A stretch of DNA of 64,000 nt, from IMG/VR virus record IMGVR_UViG_3300021511_000006, positions 18,562 to 82,561 of that record; one strand, 5' to 3'. Below the pieces are notes generated by a model. That model saw only the letters and a program-made list of their open reading frames with translations. It was not told where the DNA came from and ran no database searches. Shown piece after piece: positions 28,864-38,260 of the stretch. Origin of the DNA: a virus. Its lineage: Duplodnaviria > Caudoviricetes. Position numbers and translations under genes: made by a program. Numbering within the stretch: the stretch's first letter is position 1; every line of letters starts with the position of its first letter.

Positions 28864-31860
28864 TTAATCAACTCCTATTACTGTTAGATATGAACTAAGT
28901 AATTTAACAGATTCGGGTACTGCATCTAATTCTTTACTATCATCGGTTAGATTTGACTCAATGAATTTACGAATATAACTATTTTTCAAATCAATACAGT
29001 CAGATTTAGTTGTGAGAAACTCATGTAAATTAATTGGAGCATCGTGCCCAATCAAACATGCTGTTTCCATTTCACCACATCTTTGACCACCCTTATTCTT
29101 TCTGCCGCCAAGAGGTTGTAGTGTTCGTCTTGCATATGCTCCAATACCTCTTGCTGCAAGTTTCTCTTCTGCAATATGAACCATTCTAAAGAAATGAATG
29201 AATCCAACAGCGATTCGATTAGCCAAATGAACTTTAGATAACGGATCATATATTTTATATTTAAATTCTGCTCCTGTAAATTTTAGGGCATCTTCAACTT
29301 GCTCCAATCTACATGATTGAAATGGAGGTTGGACGATGGTAAAATTTTGAATAAAGTCTTCCGTTATTGTTTTTGGAAGTTGTTCAAATAGTTGTTTAAA
29401 ATACCATCCATCTTCTGTACAATCAATTATTCGTATAAATTTTAGTAAGTATTTTCTTATGAGTTTCTGTGTTATATTCTCTTTGAGCATTTGTGACATT
29501 GATTGTTTTAGACAATCGACTGCCATAGATAAATGCATTTCGTATAACTGCCCAATATTCATTCTTGATATTATACCGAGAGGGTTAATACAGATATCTA
29601 AATGTCGCCCATCTGGTAGTTGTGGCATTTTATTATGAGGAACAATTCTGGAGATTACTCCTTTATTCCCATGTCTATTTGCCATTTTATCGCCTACTTT
29701 TACACGCCTGAAATGAACTCCATACATTTCAACATAAAGACCATTTATCCTCTCACGTTTTCGTTTATACTTTCCGGCGAATGAGAATTTATCTAGATTA
29801 TGATCTTTAATAGTTTTCATAGCTTGATCTTTAGGCATAACTTTTTTGAGGATTTTTTGTAGATCTTTTTCCTTGTCTTGTTGTTTATCTAGTTGCCCTT
29901 CAATCCAATCTTTATATTCAGGTATTTCTGTATTCCATAAGTTACCGTATAAATTAATTTCAGATATTATATAGTTTTTTCGAGCTTCTAATGGAATACC
30001 CTCAGAGAAAACTGAATAATATTCGTCAGTGTTTAATTTTTTAAGAATAGCATATGGATTGCCTGCTTTAATTGTTTCAAGTTCTTCTGGTAATGGTTTA
30101 TATTCGTCTTCTTTTAAAGAAAGAAGAACTTTATCTGGAGATAATGTGAATGACAAATCTTTATAGTGAACTGATGTTAATATATCATCATTAACCAGTC
30201 TATCTGAAATTACAATACCGTCTTCATAGTTATTTCCATAATATACCATAACGCCTGTAAGCAAGTTTCTTCCAATGTTAATATTCCCGTCTTTACAAAA
30301 ATTACTTTCTGCTAAAATATCTCCGGATTTAAATTTGTCACCCGATTTAACATATATGTTCATAAAGTCCATGTGTTCAACATAGATTTTTCTATGCTGA
30401 ACATCAAACAACTCAACGGTTTCGTCATTATATAGAACAATGATATAGTTACTGTCAATATGGACTACTTCTCCATTCTTTTTAGCTGTCTTAACAAATT
30501 GTGTGTATTTTGTATATAGACCTTCACAACCAGAGCTTATTAAAGGAGTATCAAATTCTCTTAACATAATTGATTGTCTCATCTGTGAAGATGCCATTTG
30601 CAATCTTGTTTGATCATCATGTTTAAGAAACGGAGTCATTGAAACAGGAATCGAAATTGGATTATCTTCACAAATATCATCTGTAAATTTTAAGTTTTCA
30701 TCAAGATGTACATTTGGAATCAGATTCTGTAAAACTCCACAGTTGTCTCTATCTGGAGTGTCAACTGGGCATAAACGCCCAAACATAGTTGGACAAATAT
30801 CTCTTAAATGTTTCGGAATATTTTCTCTTTTAAAACCACCTGGTCCAAGTAGACTTATCCTTGATAATTTTGTAAGTTCTTCAATTGGGTTTATTGAGAA
30901 ATCAAACTGAACAATATCTGAAACATTACAGTCTGATAAAATCTGGGTGGAGTTAATATTAAACTTTGGTTGTCTTGATGTTCTATTTGCAAAACATAAA
31001 TCAAATATAATCTTTGATACTTTTCCAATGACAACATATTCAAAACATCTTACCCGTTTATTTATAAATAGTGTATCATCAACAAATCCTGTTTTTAGAA
31101 TTTCAGACAACTCTTCTAAAATAGAATCATACTGCATAAACTTTGCTGTGAGTATATCAACTTTAGAAATTAGATCAATAGCATATAATATATCTTCGCC
31201 TTTTGACTTCGCATTATATCTAGAATACAATTTACCAAGTTCAAGAGTAAAATCATCAGTTGTGTATCCGATTGATTCTTCACAATAAGTTTTTAAATCA
31301 ACTCTTAATAAATCATAAAGATTACTACTGCTTGGGTCAATATCAAGGTCAAGTTCATATATTTTGGTAACTTCTTCAATACCATAGTACGCCAATAATA
31401 TTAAAGAAAATGGAACTTTTTTACCCAAGAAACTGATCTGAATGTGCGGGATTTCTTTATCTTTAAATACCATTATAGTTGCTACATTTGTTCGTAGTTT
31501 TATACTTTCACCCCTTGTAACAATGGGGGTATCAAAAAGCTGAAATAAAGGGATTTTTCTTCTTCCATTAATATAAACATAGTTACCATCAATTAATTTG
31601 GGGATAAATATACTTATATCAATTTCAGAGCTTCCCTTTTGTAATTTAATAACCAATGTTTGTTTAAGAGTCTTGGCGAGCTCTCCTGATGAGAAACGAG
31701 AATCTTTAAGACTAATCTCGTTTATCTGAAATCCAATTTCTTCAACAGGTTTAACTATTTCTTGTACAGTAGATAAAATTTGATCATAATCTAGTTGTCG
31801 TATTGTGAAGATATTTTTATCTTCGTTGTGAATTGTAGATATTGGATTAATTATTTTCAA
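28864..31860 (-). CDS. rpoB: Phage multisubunit RNA polymerase beta subunit (compact, 998 aa)
   Basis: RISLLGPGG, GRLCPVDTPD, MASSQMRQ, GNNYEDGIVIS, VGDKMANRHGNKGVIS, NPLGIISRMNIGQ, GGQRCGEME. Confidence 0.95.
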   Translation of the reverse strand: MKIINPISTIHNEDKNIFTIRQLDYDQILSTVQEIVKPVEEIGFQINEISLKDSRFSSGELAKTLKQTLVIKLQKGSSEIDISIFIPKLIDGNYVYINGRRKIPLFQLFDTPIVTRGESIKLRTNVATIMVFKDKEIPHIQISFLGKKVPFSLILLAYYGIEEVTKIYELDLDIDPSSSNLYDLLRVDLKTYCEESIGYTTDDFTLELGKLYSRYNAKSKGEDILYAIDLISKVDILTAKFMQYDSILEELSEILKTGFVDDTLFINKRVRCFEYVVIGKVSKIIFDLCFANRTSRQPKFNINSTQILSDCNVSDIVQFDFSINPIEELTKLSRISLLGPGGFKRENIPKHLRDICPTMFGRLCPVDTPDRDNCGVLQNLIPNVHLDENLKFTDDICEDNPISIPVSMTPFLKHDDQTRLQMASSQMRQSIMLREFDTPLISSGCEGLYTKYTQFVKTAKKNGEVVHIDSNYIIVLYNDETVELFDVQHRKIYVEHMDFMNIYVKSGDKFKSGDILAESNFCKDGNINIGRNLLTGVMVYYGNNYEDGIVISDRLVNDDILTSVHYKDLSFTLSPDKVLLSLKEDEYKPLPEELETIKAGNPYAILKKLNTDEYYSVFSEGIPLEARKNYIISEINLYGNLWNTEIPEYKDWIEGQLDKQQDKEKDLQKILKKVMPKDQAMKTIKDHNLDKFSFAGKYKRKRERINGLYVEMYGVHFRRVKVGDKMANRHGNKGVISRIVPHNKMPQLPDGRHLDICINPLGIISRMNIGQLYEMHLSMAVDCLKQSMSQMLKENITQKLIRKYLLKFIRIIDCTEDGWYFKQLFEQLPKTITEDFIQNFTIVQPPFQSCRLEQVEDALKFTGAEFKYKIYDPLSKVHLANRIAVGFIHFFRMVHIAEEKLAARGIGAYARRTLQPLGGRKNKGGQRCGEMETACLIGHDAPINLHEFLTTKSDCIDLKNSYIRKFIESNLTDDSKELDAVPESVKLLSSYLTVIGVD

Positions 31861-31862
31861 TG

Positions 31863-32048
31863 TTATATCCCCTTTTCTTTACAGTCTGATTTTAAAGCGT
31901 CCTCTAGTTTATCATCCTCAATATAATAAGGATCGCTATTCATTCTTAGAACATTCATTATAATTTGAGTTAGTCGAAGATCCGGTGCATCATTCCAGAT
32001 CTTCTCAACCAACCCTAATATACGTTTAATTCTAGCTGGATCTCTCAT
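31863..32048 (-). CDS. Small phage protein (DUF1040/YihD-like)
   Basis: MRDPARIKRIL..IW...PDLRLTQII pattern common in phages. Confidence 0.5.
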   Translation of the reverse strand: MRDPARIKRILGLVEKIWNDAPDLRLTQIIMNVLRMNSDPYYIEDDKLEDALKSDCKEKGI

Positions 32049-34750
32049 GTAATTTTCTCTCCCTTAAGTATTTTATCCATAACTCCGGAATATCTTCCTT
32101 CATATAATATTCCTTGAAGAATAGACTTCTTTGGATTTGAAAATGCCATAGCAAGAATCCAACTTTCTCGGTTAGGTACAGATTGTACAGAGTAGAAATT
32201 TGGTATAATTTTTTCTCTATCTTCTATCAGTCTCCATTTTTTGTAATCTTTCCACATCAATTGTGTAACTACACATTCAAAATGTATGTGATGAATATCT
32301 TTATCATATACATCAAATAAAGCATCAACTATTTCGGTATATGTTTTTCCTTTAAATTTATGTAATAATTCAGCAACAGATGCAAGATCTCCAATAATAT
32401 CTCTTTGTTTCATGGAGTTTTCTTTATTTTCTTCTCCCTTAATTACTGCTGAACCTGAAGTATGAAAAGTTCTTAAAACTAATTGTGTTCCCCTCTCTCC
32501 TAATGTTTGAGCAGCAATAATACCAACAAATCGGCTATTTAAACTTTTATATAAATCTCCATAACACTTTTTACAGAGTCTATCAGATTTACATAAAATA
32601 GGACTTCGTATCTGAATTAATTTTCCAATTATATCTTTATAATTATCTTGAGTAATTTTATATAGTGATGATTCATCTTCTGAAAGACACCATCTATTTA
32701 CTAACATATGAGCCTTTCGTTCTGTTTTTACATCGACTTCTAATAAGTCTGTAGTGCCACAATCATCAAGATCTTGATCAATCTGTAAGTTAGCACATGT
32801 AAAAATGAGTTTCCTTGATAGATATCCGCTTGTGCCCGTATTTAATGCAACATCTAAGAGACCTTTTCTACATCCATATGTTGAGAAGAAAAATTCTTTT
32901 TGATTCAAACCTTCAAGTAAAGAATTTTTAATTGGATGATCTAAAATCTCTCCATCAAAGTTTGAAATGAATCCTCTGGATAATACAAGTTGTTTAACTT
33001 GATCCCAACTTCCCCTTGCGCCAGATTCTATCATATATGAATATTTAAATTTATCTCTAAGTTCATGAATCAAACTAGGATCTGAAAATGCAACAATTTG
33101 ATCTCTTGTTTCCTTATGAGAATAAATATTATCTTTTATTTTGGATATCCCTTCAATTTTACAATCTTGTAAAGACATAGTACATCCATATAAAGTTGCA
33201 AATTTGAATCCTATCCTTTTAATATTATCAAGAACCTGTATAGTTATATCGCTAGAATATTTATCTTTAATATCATTAAGGATTGTAAGAAGTTCTTTAT
33301 TAGCAACAAGACCTTCAACTATTGGATAATCTTCTGGAAGTTGTTTGTTAAATTCAGCTTGACCCAATGGAAGGCTTTTATTTTTAAACATAACTGTCTT
33401 ATCTGAAAAGCTGGGTGATGTTAAATAATAAATTCCTAGTATTATATCTTGGCTTGGAGTTGTAGTAAGACCTTCATTTGAAGGGCTATTTAAATTAGAA
33501 GAAATTAAAATTTTCTTTAAAATCTCTTCTTTAGCTTCATTAGTAACCGGAATATAAACTGCCATTTGATCTCCATCAAAATCTGCATTGAATGGAGGGC
33601 ATGCTAAAGGATGTATTTTGATTACTTGATCTAACGTAATCTTAATTTTAAAAGCAAGCATGCTCAATTTATGAAGAGATGGTTGTCTATTTAATATACA
33701 ACATTCTTCACTTGTTATTTCTTCACAAACTTTTAATAGAACAGGTGAATAATTATCAATACATTGATCTACAAAATCAATCGCCTTATTAAGAAGTTTA
33801 AATTTACCAAGTTGAATGATTCTCTTGGCAATCGGAAGTTTAAATAATTCAAGTACCATTAAATATGGTAGTTTACACTCATATAGTGAAAGAGTTGGAT
33901 CTGGAGTAATAACTGCGCGTCCAGAAAAATCAATTCTTTTACCAAGAATATTCCCTCTAATTAATCCTTCTTTTTTTGCCATCTTTTCCAAAATTCTGGT
34001 ATACAACTCACTCACATCTTTTTGTAGTTGTTTGAAATAAGTATAGTAAAGAGCTTTATCTCGATGAATATCAATGATCGTATCTTTCATCGCTTCTTTC
34101 TTGGTGAGTATTTGGACATAGTAACGATTGATTTTGTCCATTAGTTGTTTTGCTTCTCCAGAACTTTTTGATGTTGGTCTAAGATCAGGTGGGAGAACAA
34201 TAATTTCGTCTATGAGCAGACTATTAATATTATTTAAAATAATTTGCCATTCAGCAATTCCTTCTTCAATCATTTCTGTTGCAATGTTTTTAACAAGAAC
34301 TTCAATAGCTTCTGCACGTTCCCATGTTTCTACTCCTTCTGGGATTTGTTCGGGTATAGGTGTAACAACAAGTTCATCTCCAGTTTTATAGAGAACGCTT
34401 TGATCATTTTTCATAAGATTATCAATTGCTTTTTTCAAAGTCTTCCCACCCAGATCTATCAGTAGATCATAAAATATTGGATTTACAACTGGTATTGGTA
34501 TTTTGATTTTTGCAAATCTTTTTCTTCGAGCATCACTATTTATAATATCAACTCCACAGTCATCACATTTGCCTCCAGATCTTGATACTCCATGATATGT
34601 ACCACATTGACAAGTATAATTCCTCATTGGACCAAATATTTGTTCAGAAAATAATCCAAATGGGTGAAACTTTTTCTTTCCAAATGTTTTTAGAGACGTC
34701 ACTTCGTCTAAGGGTTCACAAAATGTTTCATAATCTAATAACTTAGGCAT
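32045..34750 (-). CDS. rpoC: Phage multisubunit RNA polymerase beta' subunit (compact, 901 aa)
   Basis: Zn finger CQC..CDDC, GKRIDFSGRAVI, LNRQPSLH, catalytic NADFDGDQM, TSGYLSRKL, TQLVLRTFH. Confidence 0.95.
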   Translation of the reverse strand: MPKLLDYETFCEPLDEVTSLKTFGKKKFHPFGLFSEQIFGPMRNYTCQCGTYHGVSRSGGKCDDCGVDIINSDARRKRFAKIKIPIPVVNPIFYDLLIDLGGKTLKKAIDNLMKNDQSVLYKTGDELVVTPIPEQIPEGVETWERAEAIEVLVKNIATEMIEEGIAEWQIILNNINSLLIDEIIVLPPDLRPTSKSSGEAKQLMDKINRYYVQILTKKEAMKDTIIDIHRDKALYYTYFKQLQKDVSELYTRILEKMAKKEGLIRGNILGKRIDFSGRAVITPDPTLSLYECKLPYLMVLELFKLPIAKRIIQLGKFKLLNKAIDFVDQCIDNYSPVLLKVCEEITSEECCILNRQPSLHKLSMLAFKIKITLDQVIKIHPLACPPFNADFDGDQMAVYIPVTNEAKEEILKKILISSNLNSPSNEGLTTTPSQDIILGIYYLTSPSFSDKTVMFKNKSLPLGQAEFNKQLPEDYPIVEGLVANKELLTILNDIKDKYSSDITIQVLDNIKRIGFKFATLYGCTMSLQDCKIEGISKIKDNIYSHKETRDQIVAFSDPSLIHELRDKFKYSYMIESGARGSWDQVKQLVLSRGFISNFDGEILDHPIKNSLLEGLNQKEFFFSTYGCRKGLLDVALNTGTSGYLSRKLIFTCANLQIDQDLDDCGTTDLLEVDVKTERKAHMLVNRWCLSEDESSLYKITQDNYKDIIGKLIQIRSPILCKSDRLCKKCYGDLYKSLNSRFVGIIAAQTLGERGTQLVLRTFHTSGSAVIKGEENKENSMKQRDIIGDLASVAELLHKFKGKTYTEIVDALFDVYDKDIHHIHFECVVTQLMWKDYKKWRLIEDREKIIPNFYSVQSVPNRESWILAMAFSNPKKSILQGILYEGRYSGVMDKILKGEKIT

Positions 34751-34753
34751 TTA

Positions 34754-35005
34754 TTAATCCCCCGCTTTGAATTTGTCGCTTATAAATTGTCCTATCTCAC
34801 AGAAATGTTGACTTACTTTATTTGCAATCAATTGATCTATATCAGGCATTACTTCATGCGCAATTATTTTTATATCATCTACTGCCAACTGTATCTGTGA
34901 GTTTTTGATAGCCTTATCGACTATGCGAACAATCTCTTGTTCTAACAATGATGGTGGTTCTGTTAAATTAAACTTTTTTGTCTTGGCCATCTGACTCTCT
35001 TTCAT
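34754..35005 (-). CDS. Hypothetical protein
   Basis: 83-aa ORF between rpoC and the E2-like gene. Confidence 0.5.
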   Translation of the reverse strand: MKESQMAKTKKFNLTEPPSLLEQEIVRIVDKAIKNSQIQLAVDDIKIIAHEVMPDIDQLIANKVSQHFCEIGQFISDKFKAGD

Positions 35006-35186
35006 TTATTTTTTGTTTTAAATTACCAATGCCTTTATCAACTAAGTCTTCTGCTGTTTGTGCAGTTCTATTAACCATCAAATTAAAAAATGATCTAACA
35101 GCTTTTTTACCATTACTTACAAGATCATCAATAATTGTTTCGACCTGATTTGACATTTCTTTATCACTCAATCGTTTTTCTTCCAT
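34968..35186 (-). CDS. Hypothetical protein
   Basis: 72-aa ORF overlapping both neighbours. Confidence 0.5.
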   Translation of the reverse strand: MEEKRLSDKEMSNQVETIIDDLVSNGKKAVRSFFNLMVNRTAQTAEDLVDKGIGNLKQKINERESDGQDKKV

Positions 35187-35530
35187 GTCCCTAGTACCCC
35201 TTGTTTTTTATATTTTATTTCGCCCCAAGGTGTAAAGTAACAGTTGTCTAAGTTAAAGCAAGATAACATACTAATTATCATTGAGTTTGAGTTTTTTGTT
35301 AGTTCATGCTGTCTCAAACTATTTGGAATACAAAACTCTCCAGTCCTTGGAATTGCATTTGGATGTGGATTGTTTAAAATTACCATGTCGATTTTACCAT
35401 CAACAGTTTTAACTATATAATTTTTAATCTCGAATTTTTTTGCTAATTTCGTAATTTGGTATAATTCATTTTTATAAATTAATTTTCTTGGCATAATAAA
35501 TTCTCTTACTTCAACATTTAGTATTTCCAT
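35168..35530 (-). CDS. Ubiquitin-conjugating enzyme (E2/UBC)-like protein
   Basis: HPNAIPRTGEFCI matches the UBC HPN...C active-site motif, followed by MLSCFNLD (cf. LL..PN.D). Coupled to an E1-like gene. Confidence 0.6.
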   Translation of the reverse strand: MEILNVEVREFIMPRKLIYKNELYQITKLAKKFEIKNYIVKTVDGKIDMVILNNPHPNAIPRTGEFCIPNSLRQHELTKNSNSMIISMLSCFNLDNCYFTPWGEIKYKKQGVLGTWKKND

Positions 35531-36390
35531 TATGCAGCTCCTGTTTCAGGAATTAATTCAATATAAGTATTATTACCTTCATCAAAAACTGATACTACAA
35601 AATTATTAAAATCTTCTTGACAACTTACAATAGATGTCAATACTGAAATTAAGTCTTTGCTATTCTTTAAAGCATTCACAGGAATTACTTTTTCAGAAAT
35701 TGGATAAACTTTACTTCCAAGAAATAAAGTTAATTCTTTGTTTTTATTTATATCTAAAATTGGGACGATCTTATCCGGCAGATTTACAAATTTATCTTCG
35801 CCGATTACATTATCATAAATAACATCATAACAATTATTCTCAAAATATTTAACATAATCAAGTTCATATTTTTCGACAGTTTGAATTTCTATAAGAGCTG
35901 CAATTGAAACGTTATCAATCATCATTGAAATAATTGATGCTGCATGTCTTAAATCATTCTTTGTCAATTCCGTAATGTATTTTCCAGCTTGTTGTTTTTT
36001 ATAAGTAACATTCTTTCTAAAATCAGCCATCAAGTATCTTGATGATATATAAAATCTTGCGTCAATTTCAGACTTTCGATCATATGTAAAATCTCGACAA
36101 TCAATTACCAAATCTTCTTTTGGAAGTTTCGTAACACCTTCAATATATTCAGTTTGAAACGCCCAGATTTCTATATTTGGATTTTGATCCATTAAAATAT
36201 CTTTTAAAGCTTCAACTTTTGGAATACCTACATCAATCTGTCTGTAGATAGAATTTTTTAAATTCTTCTTCTTAACTATATCGTGGTCTATTATGACTAG
36301 CTTTTCGGTGTTCTCTAAATTAGAGATTGCTTCTGCTGTGAACCCTCCAAGGGTTCCTAATCCAATAATTACAACGTTTTTAAATACCAC
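35530..36390 (-). CDS. ThiF/E1-like adenylation-fold protein (divergent)
   Basis: VIIGLGTLGG, IDHDIVKKKNLKNSIY, VGIPKVEAL, VIDCRD. GTG start with AAAGGAG SD. Confidence 0.8.
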   Translation of the reverse strand: MVFKNVVIIGLGTLGGFTAEAISNLENTEKLVIIDHDIVKKKNLKNSIYRQIDVGIPKVEALKDILMDQNPNIEIWAFQTEYIEGVTKLPKEDLVIDCRDFTYDRKSEIDARFYISSRYLMADFRKNVTYKKQQAGKYITELTKNDLRHAASIISMMIDNVSIAALIEIQTVEKYELDYVKYFENNCYDVIYDNVIGEDKFVNLPDKIVPILDINKNKELTLFLGSKVYPISEKVIPVNALKNSKDLISVLTSIVSCQEDFNNFVVSVFDEGNNTYIELIPETGAA

Positions 36391-36423
36391 GTTTTATAGT
36401 CTCCTTTTCAATCATTATTTTTT

Positions 36424-36447
36424 GGGGGGAGTTAAAAGCATCCCCCC
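36424..36447. other. Intercistronic G/C hairpin
   Basis: GGGGGGA-N10-TCCCCCC with no U-tract on the sense (minus) strand. Confidence 0.5.
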
Positions 36448-36454
36448 ATAAGAA

Positions 36455-37042
36455 TTAAGCCAATCTTGAGTCTAACTCCTCACTATGATTTTCAATTGGT
36501 TCTGTAAATATAATTGCTCTTCTTATTAGTTCTTGTTCGTCATCTCCAACTGGGGTAGGTCTATAATGAGATTTATATTTATATAGCGAGTTGGCTAATT
36601 TGACAGGATAACTCACAGGAATCTCATATGAATATTTTTTATATCCTCTGGTTGTTCTGACAGTTATAGGCATGCTCGGATCTATTCGTTTGAGTTCTTC
36701 TGCAATTTCATTCCTGAAATGGAGCTCATCGTCATTTGATTTTATCTTTACACCACGTTTTACGAGCTCGTCATCACGACCAGAACCATTTATTTTCCAG
36801 TTGTTCTCTTTTCTGACTAGAGCTTTAATAGCACGACCAAATGCTTTGTTCTTTCCCTCAGATTTAGAAAATGTATCTAAGAGAGAACATATAGATACTC
36901 CTCGTGCTTCAATTCGCTGTTTTGAGGAGTTTATAAAAACACAAGTTGTAAATGCATTATTTACAACTGGACTGTTGACAAAGTAAAATGAAATTTTATC
37001 AACGTCATTGTCTTGTAAGATTTTTTGTATGTCTTCATTCAT
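36455..37042 (-). CDS. Hypothetical protein within the Ubl locus
   Basis: ARGVSICSLLDTFSKSEGKNKAFGRA, resembling a common phage motif of unknown function. Confidence 0.6.
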   Translation of the reverse strand: MNEDIQKILQDNDVDKISFYFVNSPVVNNAFTTCVFINSSKQRIEARGVSICSLLDTFSKSEGKNKAFGRAIKALVRKENNWKINGSGRDDELVKRGVKIKSNDDELHFRNEIAEELKRIDPSMPITVRTTRGYKKYSYEIPVSYPVKLANSLYKYKSHYRPTPVGDDEQELIRRAIIFTEPIENHSEELDSRLA

Positions 37043-37063
37043 GGTTTCATTCCTTTATCTGGT

Positions 37064-37083
37064 GGGGGGTCCGAAGACCCCCC
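37064..37083 (-). other. Stable C(UUCG)G tetraloop hairpin just 3' of the Ubl gene
   Basis: Minus strand reads GGGGGGTC-TTCG-GACCCCCC, with no U-tract. Confidence 0.65.
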
Positions 37084-37093
37084 AACAGTTAAG

Positions 37094-37561
37094 TTAGCAA
37101 CCCTTCTTGCCTGCTGGTTTCAGGAATTCCAGATTGTCACCGTTTTTCAGTACGTAATCAGCATCGACTGCTTTACCATTTACCAGACCGGTAGACAGAC
37201 GATCAACGTTCAGTACTTCTCTCAGGAAGTCCCCAACATCTTTTACTGTCTTCCCTGCGACTGGGAAATTACCCGAAGATGCACCACATGATACATGAAT
37301 GGTAGTAGTAGCTCTGCTACCGAAAGGTGCTCCTGGTTTGGTCAGCGTACTTTGCCCGGAAAATTCCAGTCCGGTCAGTTTACCACCTGCAGTTTTAGCA
37401 ATGGTTGCTCCTTTTTTACCGTACTGAGCCATAATGGCGTTAACAACATCGTCCTTCGGTTTCTTGGTAACACCGACGATACCCAGTTCATCAACACACA
37501 TTCTTTTCAGATCTTTTGAAGTTTTTGCCTCTAAGAAATCTCGATTAAAACTTTTACCCAT
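37094..37561 (-). CDS. Ubiquitin-like (beta-grasp) protein with N-terminal Rho-N/HeH-like domain
   Basis: C-terminal TIHVSCGASSGNFPVAGKTV..LVNGKAVDADYVLKNGDNLEFLKPAGKKGC. N-terminal KTSKDLKRMCVDELGI..KKPKDDVVNAI. Confidence 0.8.
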   Translation of the reverse strand: MGKSFNRDFLEAKTSKDLKRMCVDELGIVGVTKKPKDDVVNAIMAQYGKKGATIAKTAGGKLTGLEFSGQSTLTKPGAPFGSRATTTIHVSCGASSGNFPVAGKTVKDVGDFLREVLNVDRLSTGLVNGKAVDADYVLKNGDNLEFLKPAGKKGC

Positions 37562-37576
37562 GATAATAAGTCTCCT

Positions 37577-38260
37577 TCATTTCACTATTCGGATTTTTGC
37601 GTCTGTAGTCATACTAAGCATATCAAAGTAGATTTCAGACCGTTCATACTGTTCTTTTATAACCACGTTATAAAAAGCCCAGCACATCAATGTTGCTACC
37701 CCCAAATTTGTAAAATACAACTGAGGGTCTGATTGTGAAAGTTCTTCACAACTCATTTCTTCGGGTAACTTATCGTTAGGGTTTGCAATTTCCGGATGGT
37801 AAGCACATAAGTCCGGAGTTAAATCTTTTCCTTCCTTCCGGACATAAATCTGTACATTACCATCTGTAAATTCGTTCCCACCAGAGATTAAAATAACATC
37901 TTGTAAAGTTTTACAGTAATTAGAAACGATCATTCTGGTTTTGTGATTATCAACACATAGAAATACAATATCGCCTTCTCTTATAGTTTCCACAATATTT
38001 TTTTCGTTTACGAAGGCTTCATAAGAATCAAACCGTAGCTCACTAAATTTTATCTGAAGTTCAGTGCCTTTAATATCGGCTTTATTCCCCATGCGGGTAA
38101 ACTCTTGCCTCTCATAGTTTTTATGCTCATATTCATCTCCATCTACTAATAGAATATCTGCGGCTAAATCCTTTGAATAATTCAGAAATCTGCATATTCT
38201 TTCAGAGAGAATAGAACCTACTCCCCCAAGTCCAATAATAGTTATAGGTAATCTAGTCAC
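37577..38260 (-). CDS. E1/ThiF-family activating enzyme
   Basis: IIGLGGVGS, LVDGDEYEHKNYERQ, FLCVDNHKTR, ISGGN, putative catalytic MSCEE. Confidence 0.9.
   Translation of the reverse strand: MTRLPITIIGLGGVGSILSERICRFLNYSKDLAADILLVDGDEYEHKNYERQEFTRMGNKADIKGTELQIKFSELRFDSYEAFVNEKNIVETIREGDIVFLCVDNHKTRMIVSNYCKTLQDVILISGGNEFTDGNVQIYVRKEGKDLTPDLCAYHPEIANPNDKLPEEMSCEELSQSDPQLYFTNLGVATLMCWAFYNVVIKEQYERSEIYFDMLSMTTDAKIRIVK

Noticed and set aside
28864-34750. rpoB/rpoC as host chromosomal genes (bacterial contig or prophage flank)
   Set aside because: Much shorter than cellular subunits, in reversed order, without rplL/rplJ/rpsL neighbours, and embedded among phage genes.
36424-37083. Hairpins at 36424-36447 and 37064-37083 as intrinsic terminators
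   Set aside because: No U-tract on the transcribed minus strand. Kept as stabilising or processing hairpins instead.
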